Origin: a virus
Lineage: Duplodnaviria > Caudoviricetes
Direction: 5' to 3' (one strand)
Length of the DNA: 60,076 nt
Virus record (IMG/VR): IMGVR_UViG_3300018933_000005
Span: 1-60,076 of that record
The notes under the pieces are model-generated. The model saw only the letters and a list, made by a program, of their open reading frames with translations. It was not told the origin of the DNA and ran no database searches. Below are positions 27,442 to 36,586 of this stretch, one piece after another (the stretch's first letter is position 1; each line of letters opens with the position of its first letter). The translations under genes were made by a program, and so were the position numbers.

Positions 27442-27966
27442 TCAGTGCTGGGGGTCGTTGAGGGCGCGGATCGTGTCGCAGGGCCAGAACATCCCGCAGT
27501 CGTTGCAGGTGTTGGTGCGGCGGCCGTGGGTGTGGAGGGCGCGGACGCGGTCGAGCCTGTCGCTGAGGGCGCGGGCTCCAGCGGCGTACTCATCGACCAT
27601 GAGGCCAAGCCGCTTCACCTCGGCGAGGAGGTCGGCCTGCTCGGCGTCGGCCACGGCCATCACGGCGTCGGTGCGGGAGGAGTGCAGCTTGAGTGCGAGG
27701 TCGCGCTCGTACTTGCTCATGTCCTGCCAGTTGAGGCCGTCGGCGCGGGTGAGCGCGCGGGCGTACTGCTGGCGGCGGTCGTCGGCGGCCGGGCCCGGTG
27801 CGGCGGGCTCCGACTTCCGCTCCAGCAGTGTCGAGGCCGCGTCCGGCTCCGGGCAGTCGATGCGGGAGCAGGTAACGTAGCCGCCCTCGCCGACGAACAG
27901 GGACTCGCCGCGGCAGGCGGGGCAGCGTCCCCGCACCCGCGGGAAGCGGTTGGTCTGGTCAGTCAT
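27442..27966 (-). CDS. Hypothetical Cys-motif protein
   Basis: CPAC...C, and C..C...WPCDT. Confidence 0.65.
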   Translation of the reverse strand: MTDQTNRFPRVRGRCPACRGESLFVGEGGYVTCSRIDCPEPDAASTLLERKSEPAAPGPAADDRRQQYARALTRADGLNWQDMSKYERDLALKLHSSRTDAVMAVADAEQADLLAEVKRLGLMVDEYAAGARALSDRLDRVRALHTHGRRTNTCNDCGMFWPCDTIRALNDPQH

Positions 27967-27982
27967 CGGGTCTCCTTCGGGT

Positions 27983-28312
27983 TCACAGGCCGGTGAGCAG
28001 GGTCACGGGCTGGGCGTCGGGGTGATCGGGGTCGGACCAGTCCGCGATCCACAGGCAGCCGGGGTCGTCACCGCGGGCCGGGTCGGGCGCGCTGAACACC
28101 GCCCGCGTGCGGACGACCATGTCGACGCAGTCGGGGTCGAGACCGAGGGTGGGGTCGAGAGTCCTCAGGTGGGCCTCGAACGCGGCCAACACGGCGTGCT
28201 TGTCGTGGTGGCCGAGGGCGAGCATGTCGCCCATGTCGCCGACCGCGGCGACGGGAATGCCGTGGTAGACGCCCTCCATCGCGGGGGTCTGGGCTGTGGC
28301 GGCAGTGGTCAT
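27983..28312 (-). CDS. Hypothetical protein
   Basis: ATG 28312 after GGAGGA. Confidence 0.6.
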   Translation of the reverse strand: MTTAATAQTPAMEGVYHGIPVAAVGDMGDMLALGHHDKHAVLAAFEAHLRTLDPTLGLDPDCVDMVVRTRAVFSAPDPARGDDPGCLWIADWSDPDHPDAQPVTLLTGL

Positions 28313-28320
28313 CGATCCTC

Positions 28321-28689
28321 CTAGTTGGCGAGTTCCAGCAGGACAGCGGCGTGGCAGTGGTCCGGCTGGCCGTCGGCGGGAAGCGGGCACCAGCAGGTGA
28401 GGTCGCGGCCGTATAGCAACTGGCGGGCGAGGTCCCGGAGCGGCCCCTGCTCGGGCTGGGTGATCCAGGCGCGGAACGCCTCGGTGGCGTATCGGCGGGC
28501 TTCGGCCGCGGTAGCGAAGGTTCCGACGCCCGCGCCGTTGTCGTGGGCGACGACATAGCCGCCGTGTGGGGCTTCGATGAGGCGGTAGGGGTTGCCGAAT
28601 CGGGTGGGGCGTCCGACATAGACGGCGCTGGCGGGTGCGCGCCAGCCCTTGGTGCGGCGGCGCTGGATGCGGCGGGGCGTGGTGGTCAC
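28321..28689 (-). CDS. DUF4326-family protein
   Basis: RIQRRRTKGW...VYVGRPTRFGNPY...GRDLTCWC...CHAAVLLELAN. Confidence 0.88.
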   Translation of the reverse strand: MTTTPRRIQRRRTKGWRAPASAVYVGRPTRFGNPYRLIEAPHGGYVVAHDNGAGVGTFATAAEARRYATEAFRAWITQPEQGPLRDLARQLLYGRDLTCWCPLPADGQPDHCHAAVLLELAN

Positions 28690-29603
28690 TGGTTCTCCAT
28701 GGGGGTGTTGAGGGCGGCGGTGATCCGGCGGGCGATGGCGGGGTGTTCGGCGGCGAGCGCCTCGGCGAGCCGGCGGGCGGCGAGGACTGCGGCGGCGGCT
28801 GTCTCGTACCGCCGCTGCCACCCGTCGGCCTCGGCGGCGACACCCTCCAGGTGCGCGGCGGCCCGGGCTGCCTCTTCGGCGCAGGCGAGCTGCAGGCCAG
28901 CGTGCTCCTCGTCGGCCTCCCTTATCGCCGCGCGAGCGATCTCGCCGGCGACCTGCTCGTCCAGGTCCCAGGCGCGGCAGATCACGGACCGCCAGCGGGC
29001 GAGACGCTCCTCGTCGGTCTCGGCGTGCACCCGGTCGAGGCGCTCGATCACCTCGCCGAACGCGGCGGCCATGCCCTCGTTGACGCGGGCGGACTCCGGG
29101 TTGCGGGCCGCGGCGGCGCTGCGGGCGGCCCGGTCCCGCTGGCCGGCCAGCCAGGAACGGAGCGAACCCGGGGCGGCGTGCGGGTGCGGGGTGTCGTACA
29201 GGCCGTCCGCCTGGGCAAGGTGGATCAGCTCATCGAGGGCCGCCCGCTCCTCCGGAGCCGCTGTGCGCCCGTCTGAGGCGTCGGGAGAGGGCGGGTCGGG
29301 CTGCGAGACCTGGGAGCCGGGTTCGGGGCTCTCAGGGGCCTTCTCGCCGTTCCTCGGGGCGGGTTCAGGGACAGGGCTCGGTGCCATCGGGTTCTCCTCG
29401 GGGTCTGTGCGGGCTTCTGACGGGCTGTGGGCGGGCGGCCGGGGCCCGGGAGGATCCGGGGCGGGAGCGGCCTTCCGGCGGGCGCTGGCGGCCTCGGCGA
29501 GCTGCCGTATCCCGCGGCGCAGCAGCGGCGCCTCCTCCGGCAGCAGCGCGCCCCGCTCCGCCCGATCCACCAGATGCAGCAGGAAGTCGACGTCCGCGGC
29601 CAT
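28686..29603 (-). CDS. Hypothetical protein (Pro-rich linker, coiled coil)
   Basis: Translationally coupled on both sides. Confidence 0.6.
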   Translation of the reverse strand: MAADVDFLLHLVDRAERGALLPEEAPLLRRGIRQLAEAASARRKAAPAPDPPGPRPPAHSPSEARTDPEENPMAPSPVPEPAPRNGEKAPESPEPGSQVSQPDPPSPDASDGRTAAPEERAALDELIHLAQADGLYDTPHPHAAPGSLRSWLAGQRDRAARSAAAARNPESARVNEGMAAAFGEVIERLDRVHAETDEERLARWRSVICRAWDLDEQVAGEIARAAIREADEEHAGLQLACAEEAARAAAHLEGVAAEADGWQRRYETAAAAVLAARRLAEALAAEHPAIARRITAALNTPMENQ

Positions 29604-30292
29604 CACGCGGCCACCCCCTCGGCGCGAAGTTGGACGGCGGCCTGCTCGCCCAGGAAGGCCGTGTACGCGGGCGGGATCGCCTCCACGAGCTCCTCGTGAA
29701 CGTCGGTCCAGTCGATGCCGAGCGCGGCCTGCATCTCTGCGACGGACGCTTTGCCGCCGCCCTTGCCGTAGACCGCGAGGTACTCGCCGTCGTGGTACTG
29801 GCCGTGCCGCCAGCCGCGGACCCGGCCCCGGTGCGGGGTGTGTGGCGGGGCCATCGGCGTCCAGCCGTGGCACTCGAAGCGTCGGTGCCGGATGATCGGC
29901 AGGCCGAACATCGTGCCGCACAGCACCACGTCCGGGCGGGCCTCGGGGTTCTCGATGACGTAGGGCCGGCCGGTGGCGAGCATCGCGGCCCGGCCCGCGG
30001 GCAGCAGGTTCGGGTAGCGGTCCCGCAGGCGGCGGTTGGTGCCCTTGGTGATCGCGGCGCCGTACTGGCAGGGCCAGCTCGCGTGGATGAGGTCGTACTC
30101 GTGGCCGTGGGCGGCGATGTACTCGATCGCGTCGGCCTGGACGAACGTGAACGGGTACCGCGGCCGGGGCGCGATGTCGACGCCGGTGACGTCGAACCCG
30201 GCGCGGTAGTAGCCCATGCTCGCGCCGCCGGCGCAGCAGCAGGCGTCCAGGAGGCGGAGCCCGTTCCACGGGCGTTCCGGCAGACGGGCCAT
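29603..30292 (-). CDS. DNA cytosine-5 methyltransferase (short phage type)
   Basis: LLDACCCAGG (variant motif I), GVDI, HASWPCQ, IENP, RHRRFE, EAIPPAY. Confidence 0.85.
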   Translation of the reverse strand: MARLPERPWNGLRLLDACCCAGGASMGYYRAGFDVTGVDIAPRPRYPFTFVQADAIEYIAAHGHEYDLIHASWPCQYGAAITKGTNRRLRDRYPNLLPAGRAAMLATGRPYVIENPEARPDVVLCGTMFGLPIIRHRRFECHGWTPMAPPHTPHRGRVRGWRHGQYHDGEYLAVYGKGGGKASVAEMQAALGIDWTDVHEELVEAIPPAYTAFLGEQAAVQLRAEGVAA

Positions 30293-30576
30293 CACGCGGC
30301 CTCGCTTTCGGTGGTGGGGACGGGGCGCAGGGCTGCGGCGAGGGCGGCGCGGTTCGCGGCGGCCCGGGCGGGGGTGACCGGCTGCCGGCGCCGGTCGTAG
30401 TCGCGGATGCGGACCACGGGCAGGGCCTCGGCGAAGAGGCGCTCCTCCTCGGTGGCGGGCCGGTGGAGGGCGACGCGGACCTTGTTGACGGTCGCCCGGT
30501 GGCAGCCGAGCCGGTGCGCGATGTGGTCGTCCGTGTGGCCCGCCAGGATCAGGGCGGCGATGTCGGAGCGGATCAC
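30292..30576 (-). CDS. HTH protein
   Basis: GHTDDHIAHRLGCHRATVNKVR. Confidence 0.7.
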   Translation of the reverse strand: MIRSDIAALILAGHTDDHIAHRLGCHRATVNKVRVALHRPATEEERLFAEALPVVRIRDYDRRRQPVTPARAAANRAALAAALRPVPTTESEAA

Positions 30577-30914
30577 GACTCGGCTCCGCACGTGCGGCAG
30601 GCGAAGCCCGCAGGCGGTGAATCGAGACAGGCATGGCACTTCGGCTCGGCGAGTAGTCGCTCCGGAGGGAGTTCGAAGACCTTTGCCAAGGCCACAAGTT
30701 CGTCCACGGTCACGGGTCGGAAGCCGCCAGTCGCGTGGGTTCCGATCTCGATCCTGCAGAGCGAGCTGGGGTTCATCCGGTGCCCGTTCTCCACGACCTT
30801 GCGGGTAAGTCCGCGAAGGGACAGGCCGCGCGCCTCGCGCAGTCGGCGGACGTTCTCGGCGACGATGCGGGAGACCTGCACATCGCTCTCGGTGCGAGCG
30901 TTCTTCCCGGTCAC
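30573..30914 (-). CDS. XRE-family HTH protein with C-terminal Zn ribbon
   Basis: NVRRLREARGLSLRGL...RIEIG...VDELVALA; CHAC..CRTC. Confidence 0.85.
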   Translation of the reverse strand: MTGKNARTESDVQVSRIVAENVRRLREARGLSLRGLTRKVVENGHRMNPSSLCRIEIGTHATGGFRPVTVDELVALAKVFELPPERLLAEPKCHACLDSPPAGFACRTCGAES

Positions 30915-31222
30915 GCCGCGGCCCTCCTCGCTTCGGTCTCGCGCTGGGGGTGGACGTGCCCGTCGGGGAACGGCCGGCCGTCGAGGTGGCAGGGCACGCC
31001 GGGCTCGACCTGGCAGGCCGGGCAGCAGGCGGTTGCGCGGGCCCAGGCCGTGATTCGGGCCGGGTGCGGCTGCGGCAGCAGGCGGTTGTTCGACCGCACC
31101 ACGCACGGCCGGTGCTCAGCCGCCCCGCAGTGCGGGCACCGCACCGCGCGGGCCGGGTGCTGCTTCGCGCGCAGCATCTGCCGCAGGCTCTCGGGCATCG
31201 GGGCGGCAGGCTTACGGGACAT
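30911..31222 (-). CDS. Phage zinc-finger protein
   Basis: Two CPxC...C...H.R repeats. Confidence 0.75.
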   Translation of the reverse strand: MSRKPAAPMPESLRQMLRAKQHPARAVRCPHCGAAEHRPCVVRSNNRLLPQPHPARITAWARATACCPACQVEPGVPCHLDGRPFPDGHVHPQRETEARRAAA

Positions 31223-31902
31223 CAGGCACTCTCCTCGGTGGTCTTCATCTGGCGCTCCAGGGCGGCCAGCGCCGCGGCCCGGCGCTGCTCGATCTGCTCC
31301 TCGGTCTCGCGGTAGGCGGGTTCGCCCTTCGCGACCCGGCGGCGGGCTGGGTGGATGGTCTTCGCGTTCCGGCCGCGCAGCGCGGTCTTGCACGGGCGGC
31401 CGATCGGGGCGTGGCAGACGGGGCACTCGACGCCCAGCGGGCCGCGGCGGGCGGGCGGCTCGTCTTCGCCGTCCTCGCCCGGCACCTGGCGGCCAACCTC
31501 CGCTAGCCGCTCCTCGATGTCCTCGTGCGGGCCGCCCGTCAGGGCCGGGGCCGTGTCGGGCGCCGCTATCTGCCCGGCCGCCGTGGCGGCGAGCTGGCCG
31601 CGGAGCCGGGCCAGGTACTGGCGGGGGTTCTCGTCCGGGTCGCCGTCGTACACGAAGTTCTCCAGCCGCTCGGCGCGGATCGCCTGCCGGTTGGTGCGCA
31701 CGTCGTGCGGCTGGATCCACAGCCGCTGACCGGGCTCCTTCGGCGGGGTGCCGTAGAAGCGGGCCACGGCGTCGAAGCAGTCCTGGTCCAGCGGGACGTC
31801 GCGCAGGGCGGTCGCCCAGGCGCGCTTGGCGATCTCGGACGGCTTGCGGTTGTCGAATGCGGCACAGGCCGCCAAGAGCTTCGCGGCATCGTCGGGAGTC
31901 AC
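31222..31902 (-). CDS. Helicase-loader/inhibitor-like replication protein with Zn finger
   Basis: GTGA-coupled to the initiator; MTPDDAAKLLAACAAFDNR..W...L. Confidence 0.6.
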   Translation of the reverse strand: MTPDDAAKLLAACAAFDNRKPSEIAKRAWATALRDVPLDQDCFDAVARFYGTPPKEPGQRLWIQPHDVRTNRQAIRAERLENFVYDGDPDENPRQYLARLRGQLAATAAGQIAAPDTAPALTGGPHEDIEERLAEVGRQVPGEDGEDEPPARRGPLGVECPVCHAPIGRPCKTALRGRNAKTIHPARRRVAKGEPAYRETEEQIEQRRAAALAALERQMKTTEESA

Positions 31903-33071
31903 TGGTTCTCCTCTCCGGAGGCAAGGGCCAGCCAGCCGGCGACGGTGGCGTCGGTGCCGGTGAGGGTCTGGCCGGTGGGGAGCTGGATGACGTTGGCGCC
32001 GGGTGGCTTGCGGAGTTCGGAGAAGGCGAACTGGAGCGTCCCGGCGGAGACGGGCTTGCTGGTCTCGCCGAGGCGGAGGAGTGCCCGCCACAGCTCGTCG
32101 GGGTCGGTGCCGTTGGTGAGGGCATCGACGATGACGCGGCGGACCTGGCGTCGGCTGTAGGCGTTGCCGCGCTCGAACCGCTCGAAGAAGGAGTCGACCA
32201 TCCGGTCGGGGATCGCCCTGCCCGTCTCCACGACGGCGGGTTCGCGGGAGAGGTCAGCGGCAGGGGGCTGGGGGGTTCCCTTCCCTTCCCTGTTCCCTTC
32301 CTTTCCCTTCCTTTCCGGCAGTGAGCTGGACAGTGAACCGCTCACTGAGTCATTCAGTGAAGAAATCTCACTCTGTGTAGAGGTCGCGGCAGCTTCCCTA
32401 GGGGTAGCGTCACGCTCCGCGCTGGCGGTATTCAGGGAACCGCTCAGTGAGCGATTCAGTGACTCGTTCAGTGAGTCCTCAAGGCCGGAGAGTGCCTGCG
32501 GGGTCGTGAACTCTTCGTCTCCGCTGTCGCGGCGCCAGTCGTAGCAAGCCTGGTGCGTGGCCCGGACGTTCGACGGGTGGTCCGTTCCGCCCGCGCTCTG
32601 CGGCCGGACGTGCCCGATCACGAGGTTGTGCGCGGAGTTCGCGACCGGCATCTCGGGGATGGGGTGGCCGCACAGTTGGCAGGTCCAGTTGTCGCGGCGG
32701 GCGTACATGCGCCGGACCTCGGCGCTCTGGAGCGGCGGCGGTGGCAGCTTGCTCTTCTGCGGCCGGTTGACCTTCTGGTGCTTGCGGAAGTTGACGACCA
32801 CGGCCATCTGCTGGCGCGCGATGCCCCCGATGTAGGGGAAGAGGAGGCCGGCGTCGGTGATGCAGTGCATGAGCTTGCCGACGTCGGCGACGGTGAGGTC
32901 GTCGTCGTACATGAAGGCGTTGGCCTTGATGTATGCGGGAGTCCAGCGGAGGAGACCTTCGTCGTCGGCCATGTTGAAGGTGGCGATGAACAGCAGCCGG
33001 GCGTCCCGCGGCAGGAGGCCGACGACTTCGTCCTCCCAGAACTCGGGCTTCACGGTGCGGATGCGTGGCAT
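31899..33071 (-). CDS. Replication initiator (lambda O-like organiser) with internal HNH-like domain
   Basis: MPRIRTVKPEFW..ARLLFI...ADDEG...NFRKHQ; RDNWTCQLCG...HVRP..GG.D..SN. Confidence 0.75.
   Translation of the reverse strand: MPRIRTVKPEFWEDEVVGLLPRDARLLFIATFNMADDEGLLRWTPAYIKANAFMYDDDLTVADVGKLMHCITDAGLLFPYIGGIARQQMAVVVNFRKHQKVNRPQKSKLPPPPLQSAEVRRMYARRDNWTCQLCGHPIPEMPVANSAHNLVIGHVRPQSAGGTDHPSNVRATHQACYDWRRDSGDEEFTTPQALSGLEDSLNESLNRSLSGSLNTASAERDATPREAAATSTQSEISSLNDSVSGSLSSSLPERKGKEGNREGKGTPQPPAADLSREPAVVETGRAIPDRMVDSFFERFERGNAYSRRQVRRVIVDALTNGTDPDELWRALLRLGETSKPVSAGTLQFAFSELRKPPGANVIQLPTGQTLTGTDATVAGWLALASGEENQ
32320..32476. repeat. Iteron-like CAGTGA repeats, putative replication origin
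   Basis: About seven (T)CAGTGA/TCACTG units, several 12 bp apart, in an AT-richer patch inside the initiator gene. Confidence 0.7.
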
Positions 33072-33162
33072 TCGGTGGCTTCTTTCGGAGGGTGCGGGAT
33101 TGGTCTGCGGACACGGCGGAGCGGCCCTTTAAGGCGGCGCGCGGTGCTGGCGCGACCCGCTA

Positions 33163-33198
33163 TAGCCAACATACACTTGTCCACATGTATGTTGGCTA
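33163..33198. promoter_or_regulatory. 13-bp perfect inverted repeat, probable operator
   Basis: TAGCCAACATACA-N10-TGTATGTTGGCTA. Confidence 0.7.
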
Positions 33199-33245
33199 CT
33201 GTTGTGCAACGACTTGTGGCCACACCTATGTGCGACCATGCCGAC

Positions 33246-33500
33246 ATGACCGAGGAGGAGCTCGTGACCCGCCTGCAGCAGGCCGCCGCCGCGAAGCGCG
33301 CCGCCGAAGAGGCCGCCGCCAAGCAGTTCGAGAAAGCCGTCGTAGAAGCGCTGCAAGCTGGCGTCAAGCCGAAGGTGGTCGCCACTGCGACCGGCTACAG
33401 CTACGAGACGATCCGGCGCATCGCCCGCGCCAACGACATCGGCCGCCTGCGCGAGCCGACCGTCACCAGCAGGAAGAAAGCCCAGCCGGACGAGTCCTGA
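33246..33500 (+). CDS. Small HTH protein divergent from the initiator
   Basis: GVKPKVVATATGYSYETIRRIAR. Confidence 0.75.
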   Translation: MTEEELVTRLQQAAAAKRAAEEAAAKQFEKAVVEALQAGVKPKVVATATGYSYETIRRIARANDIGRLREPTVTSRKKAQPDES

Positions 33501-33502
33501 CT

Positions 33503-34696
33503 TCATCGCCGGCCTCCGTTCTTCGCGCGCATCGCGGCCGGGCTGTGCTCGTCGCACCGCCACCCGCACGCGTACAGCCGGGCCGGGGCGCCGCACGGCG
33601 TCACGCCGGCACTGCACTGGTGAGGCGTCGGCGGGCGGACAGCGGGGGCAGCGAGAATGGATTCGGAAGGCTGCGCCGGACCGGGGAGGGTCACCGCCGA
33701 AGCGTCGATCGCCTGGCCCTGGTCGGGCACGAACCGCCGCGGGGAGCGGTACGGAGCAGCAGCCTCTCCGTACCGGCAGATGCGCTCCATGTCCGAGCCG
33801 CTGAGCGACGATGGATTCGCCTGCGCCTTGCCGCGGCGAACATCGTCTTCGGTCGGCAAGCCGCCGACGCTTTCGGCGTACAGGTCACGGTCGGCCGGGC
33901 GTACCCACCACCGGTTCATCCACCGGCTCTGCGGCACGATGATGGGAACGAACTCGCCGACTGCAGTGCCGAGTACCAGTTCGTCGAGGGTCGGGTTGTA
34001 GACCTCCCACTGGCCGTGCCAGTCGTTGCACTTGCCGCGCTTCTTCACCGGGCAAGGGCCAGGAATCCGGCTGCAGTGCAGCATTTCCAGGGAGCGCACG
34101 CCACCGGCGACGCGGATGTCGCGGCCCTCGCGGATCCTCTGCCATGGCGTGTAGTTGGTGAGAGACCACGGGGCCTGCCGGAGCAGTTCGGACAGCTTCT
34201 TGGCTGAGGTCATCCACGACGGCGTGAGGCCGTCGGCGCGGGCAATCTGGGAGCGCTTGACGACGGTGGCCTGAGTGATGGTGGAGAGCTGGATCTCCCA
34301 CCCAATAGGCCCAATCGTGACGTCGGTGCGGCGCTTCCCATGGGTTGCCCGGTCCTCTACCTTGACGGGCAGGCCGGCACGCTCGCCGACCGTGGCGATG
34401 CGCTCCTGGTACGCCTTGTGTTCGTCGCTCATCCCTTTAGCGGGATGCGCGCCGATGGATGGGTTGAAGTGCACGGCTTCCCGGGTGCCATCGGAGTGCT
34501 CCCGGAGGTACATCCACTCGGGGGCGTGCGGGCGCTCCCTGCGGCATTCCAGACACTGCAGCTTCCGCTCGGGCACAGGTCGCTTGTCGGCGCGAAGCTT
34601 CTCCCAGAGCCCCGGGAGCTGTGGCTGGCCAAGGTCTTCCTGCGTCAGATCGAGCACGAGCCCCAGCTCGGCGTTGAAGATGTCGACGTTCGCCAC
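33503..34696 (-). CDS. CoiA-like PD-(D/E)xK nuclease
   Basis: CLEC..H, MSDEHK, RTDV...GWEIQLS. Confidence 0.75.
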   Translation of the reverse strand: MANVDIFNAELGLVLDLTQEDLGQPQLPGLWEKLRADKRPVPERKLQCLECRRERPHAPEWMYLREHSDGTREAVHFNPSIGAHPAKGMSDEHKAYQERIATVGERAGLPVKVEDRATHGKRRTDVTIGPIGWEIQLSTITQATVVKRSQIARADGLTPSWMTSAKKLSELLRQAPWSLTNYTPWQRIREGRDIRVAGGVRSLEMLHCSRIPGPCPVKKRGKCNDWHGQWEVYNPTLDELVLGTAVGEFVPIIVPQSRWMNRWWVRPADRDLYAESVGGLPTEDDVRRGKAQANPSSLSGSDMERICRYGEAAAPYRSPRRFVPDQGQAIDASAVTLPGPAQPSESILAAPAVRPPTPHQCSAGVTPCGAPARLYACGWRCDEHSPAAMRAKNGGRR

Positions 34697-34745
34697 GGTC
34701 TCCCTCCCTTCCGCCCCGCGGCCGTGGCCGCGGGGCGTTGTCGTG

Positions 34746-34976
34746 TCAGGCGGCGTGCTGTCCGGCGGGCCGGCGGAGTCGGCGGCGTTCCTTGGGGGTG
34801 AGCCCGCCGCGGATGCCGTGCTGGTCGCCGGCGGCGAGGGCGTCGGCGAGGCATTCGGCGCGGGCCTCGCAGGAGCCGCAGATGCGCTTGGCGATGCGGG
34901 GCTGGTCGAACGGCAGGTCCGGGTCGGTCTGGGCGCACAGGGCGCTGTCCTGCCAGGACAGGTCGGGGCGGGCCAT
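34746..34976 (-). CDS. whiB: WhiB-family transcription factor
   Basis: WQDSALCAQTDPD...AKRICGSC....C....GIRGGLT.KER. Confidence 0.92.
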   Translation of the reverse strand: MARPDLSWQDSALCAQTDPDLPFDQPRIAKRICGSCEARAECLADALAAGDQHGIRGGLTPKERRRLRRPAGQHAA

Positions 34977-35791
34977 CACGCGGCCTCCCCGTACTGCTGG
35001 CGCCATCCGGGCCCGCGCCCGCCGCCGAGGATCTGCTTGACGTAGGACTCGGAGCGGCCGACCCGTCGGGCGATCTCGCCGGGAGCGACACCGAAGGCGG
35101 CCAGGCGCCGGGCTTCCTCGGCGCGTTCGGCCGGGGTGAGTTCCGCGTCCTCGCCGGTGTCGATGTCGGGCTGGGCGTCCGGGTCGTCGATGGTGGTCTC
35201 GTCCCAGGCCATCGGGCTGTGCCAGCCGTTGCGGGCGGCTACGGTCCTGGTGCCGAGGGAGGGGCCGGGGGTTCGGGCGAGGTCGCGGTAGACGCGGGCG
35301 ACGCGGTCGGCGGTGTCGCGGGTGATGGTGGTGACGCTGCCGTTGAGGATGCGCGCGAAGTAGCTGTAGGAGTGGCCGGCCCGGCGGGCGATGGCCTTGA
35401 GGGGCCAGCCGATGCAGGCGAGGGCCTGGATGCGGCGGCGGGTGCCGGTGGCGTCGACGCGGGGCGGGCCGGCGAGCGGCTTGAGCGCGAGGATCTTGAT
35501 GGCGTTGCGGGTCTGCATGGTGCGCTGCCCGGCGAGGACGTAGGTGACGGTGCGGTAGCTGACGCCGGCGCGGGCGGCGATGTCCTGGATGGTCCAGCCG
35601 GAGTCGGTGAGCTGCTGGATGTGGGCGGCGATGCGGGCGCTGGCGACGTGGCCGGGGACGCCGCGGAGGCGGCGGAGTTCGCCGCGCTTGCGCTCTGCGC
35701 GGTCGGCGTCGCGGCATTCGGGACGGCGGCATCCGTACCGATAGCAGGCGGGTGTTCCGTGCTGGGGCGGGGTGGTCGGGCGCGGGCTCAC
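34976..35791 (-). CDS. Multi-HTH DNA-binding protein
   Basis: HGT..CY..GCR...C N-terminus; GTRRRIQAL...GW; several HTH motifs. Confidence 0.75.
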   Translation of the reverse strand: MSPRPTTPPQHGTPACYRYGCRRPECRDADRAERKRGELRRLRGVPGHVASARIAAHIQQLTDSGWTIQDIAARAGVSYRTVTYVLAGQRTMQTRNAIKILALKPLAGPPRVDATGTRRRIQALACIGWPLKAIARRAGHSYSYFARILNGSVTTITRDTADRVARVYRDLARTPGPSLGTRTVAARNGWHSPMAWDETTIDDPDAQPDIDTGEDAELTPAERAEEARRLAAFGVAPGEIARRVGRSESYVKQILGGGRGPGWRQQYGEAA

Positions 35792-35991
35792 TGGGTGTCC
35801 CCCCTTCGGGCGGGCAGTCGGTAGAGGTGTTCGAGTTGGTAGTAGGTGGGGTCGATGGGGGCGGGGTGCCGGTCGGGGTCGACGGGCCGGTGTGGGAGCG
35901 GGGGCCGGGGTCGGGCTCGGTGCCAGAGGACGGCGCCGGCGATGGCGATGGCCCAGACGGCGGCTGCGGCGAGGAGGCTGGGGAGGGTCAC
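35788..35991 (-). CDS. Small membrane protein
   Basis: N-terminal hydrophobic helix; coupled to neighbours. Confidence 0.55.
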   Translation of the reverse strand: MTLPSLLAAAAVWAIAIAGAVLWHRARPRPPLPHRPVDPDRHPAPIDPTYYQLEHLYRLPARRGDTQ

Positions 35992-36506
35992 GCGGCGGCC
36001 TCCCGCTGTGCGGCGCGGGTGCCGCGCCAGGTGCGGACGCCGGAGGCGTGGGTGGTGGGCCGGTCGGAGCAGGCCCAGCCCGCGGTGCGGATGTAGCCCT
36101 CCTCCTTGAGGAGGGTCATCAGCCGGCCCCAGTGGTGTGCGGGGTCGGGGGGCTCGGGTAGTTGGTGGGCTTCGACGACCTGGAAGCAGGTGAAGGTTCG
36201 GCCGGTCGCGGCGGCGGCTATGAACTTGGGCCAGACTTCGGCGACCCAGGTTTCGTAGTCCTCGGCCTTGCGGCGGGCGGGGGTCTTCTTCGGGGGCGGG
36301 ATGCTGCCGTCGAGGGCGGGCTGGATGTGGTTGGCCATGCCGGCAGTAGGCGGGGTAACTCCGACACCTGAGACGGCGCCAGACGCTTCGCGGCGGTCCA
36401 CGATCTTGGTGCTGGCGGAAGAATGCTGCTGAGAGGAGGCTTGCTGCCGGGCGTCCGGCTTCGTAGCGTTCTCCGGTTTCTCCACGTGCATGTCACGGTT
36501 GGCCAT
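35988..36506 (-). CDS. Hypothetical protein (start may be 36338)
   Basis: GRTFT...P.HWG...GYI...S.R...H...W.G. Confidence 0.6.
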   Translation of the reverse strand: MANRDMHVEKPENATKPDARQQASSQQHSSASTKIVDRREASGAVSGVGVTPPTAGMANHIQPALDGSIPPPKKTPARRKAEDYETWVAEVWPKFIAAAATGRTFTCFQVVEAHQLPEPPDPAHHWGRLMTLLKEEGYIRTAGWACSDRPTTHASGVRTWRGTRAAQREAAA

Positions 36507-36586
36507 GACGAGCGTCCCTTCGTGTGCTGTGCTTGGTCTGGGCCGCCCCCGCCTGCTGTGGACGGGCGGGGGCGGACCGCGGCGGG

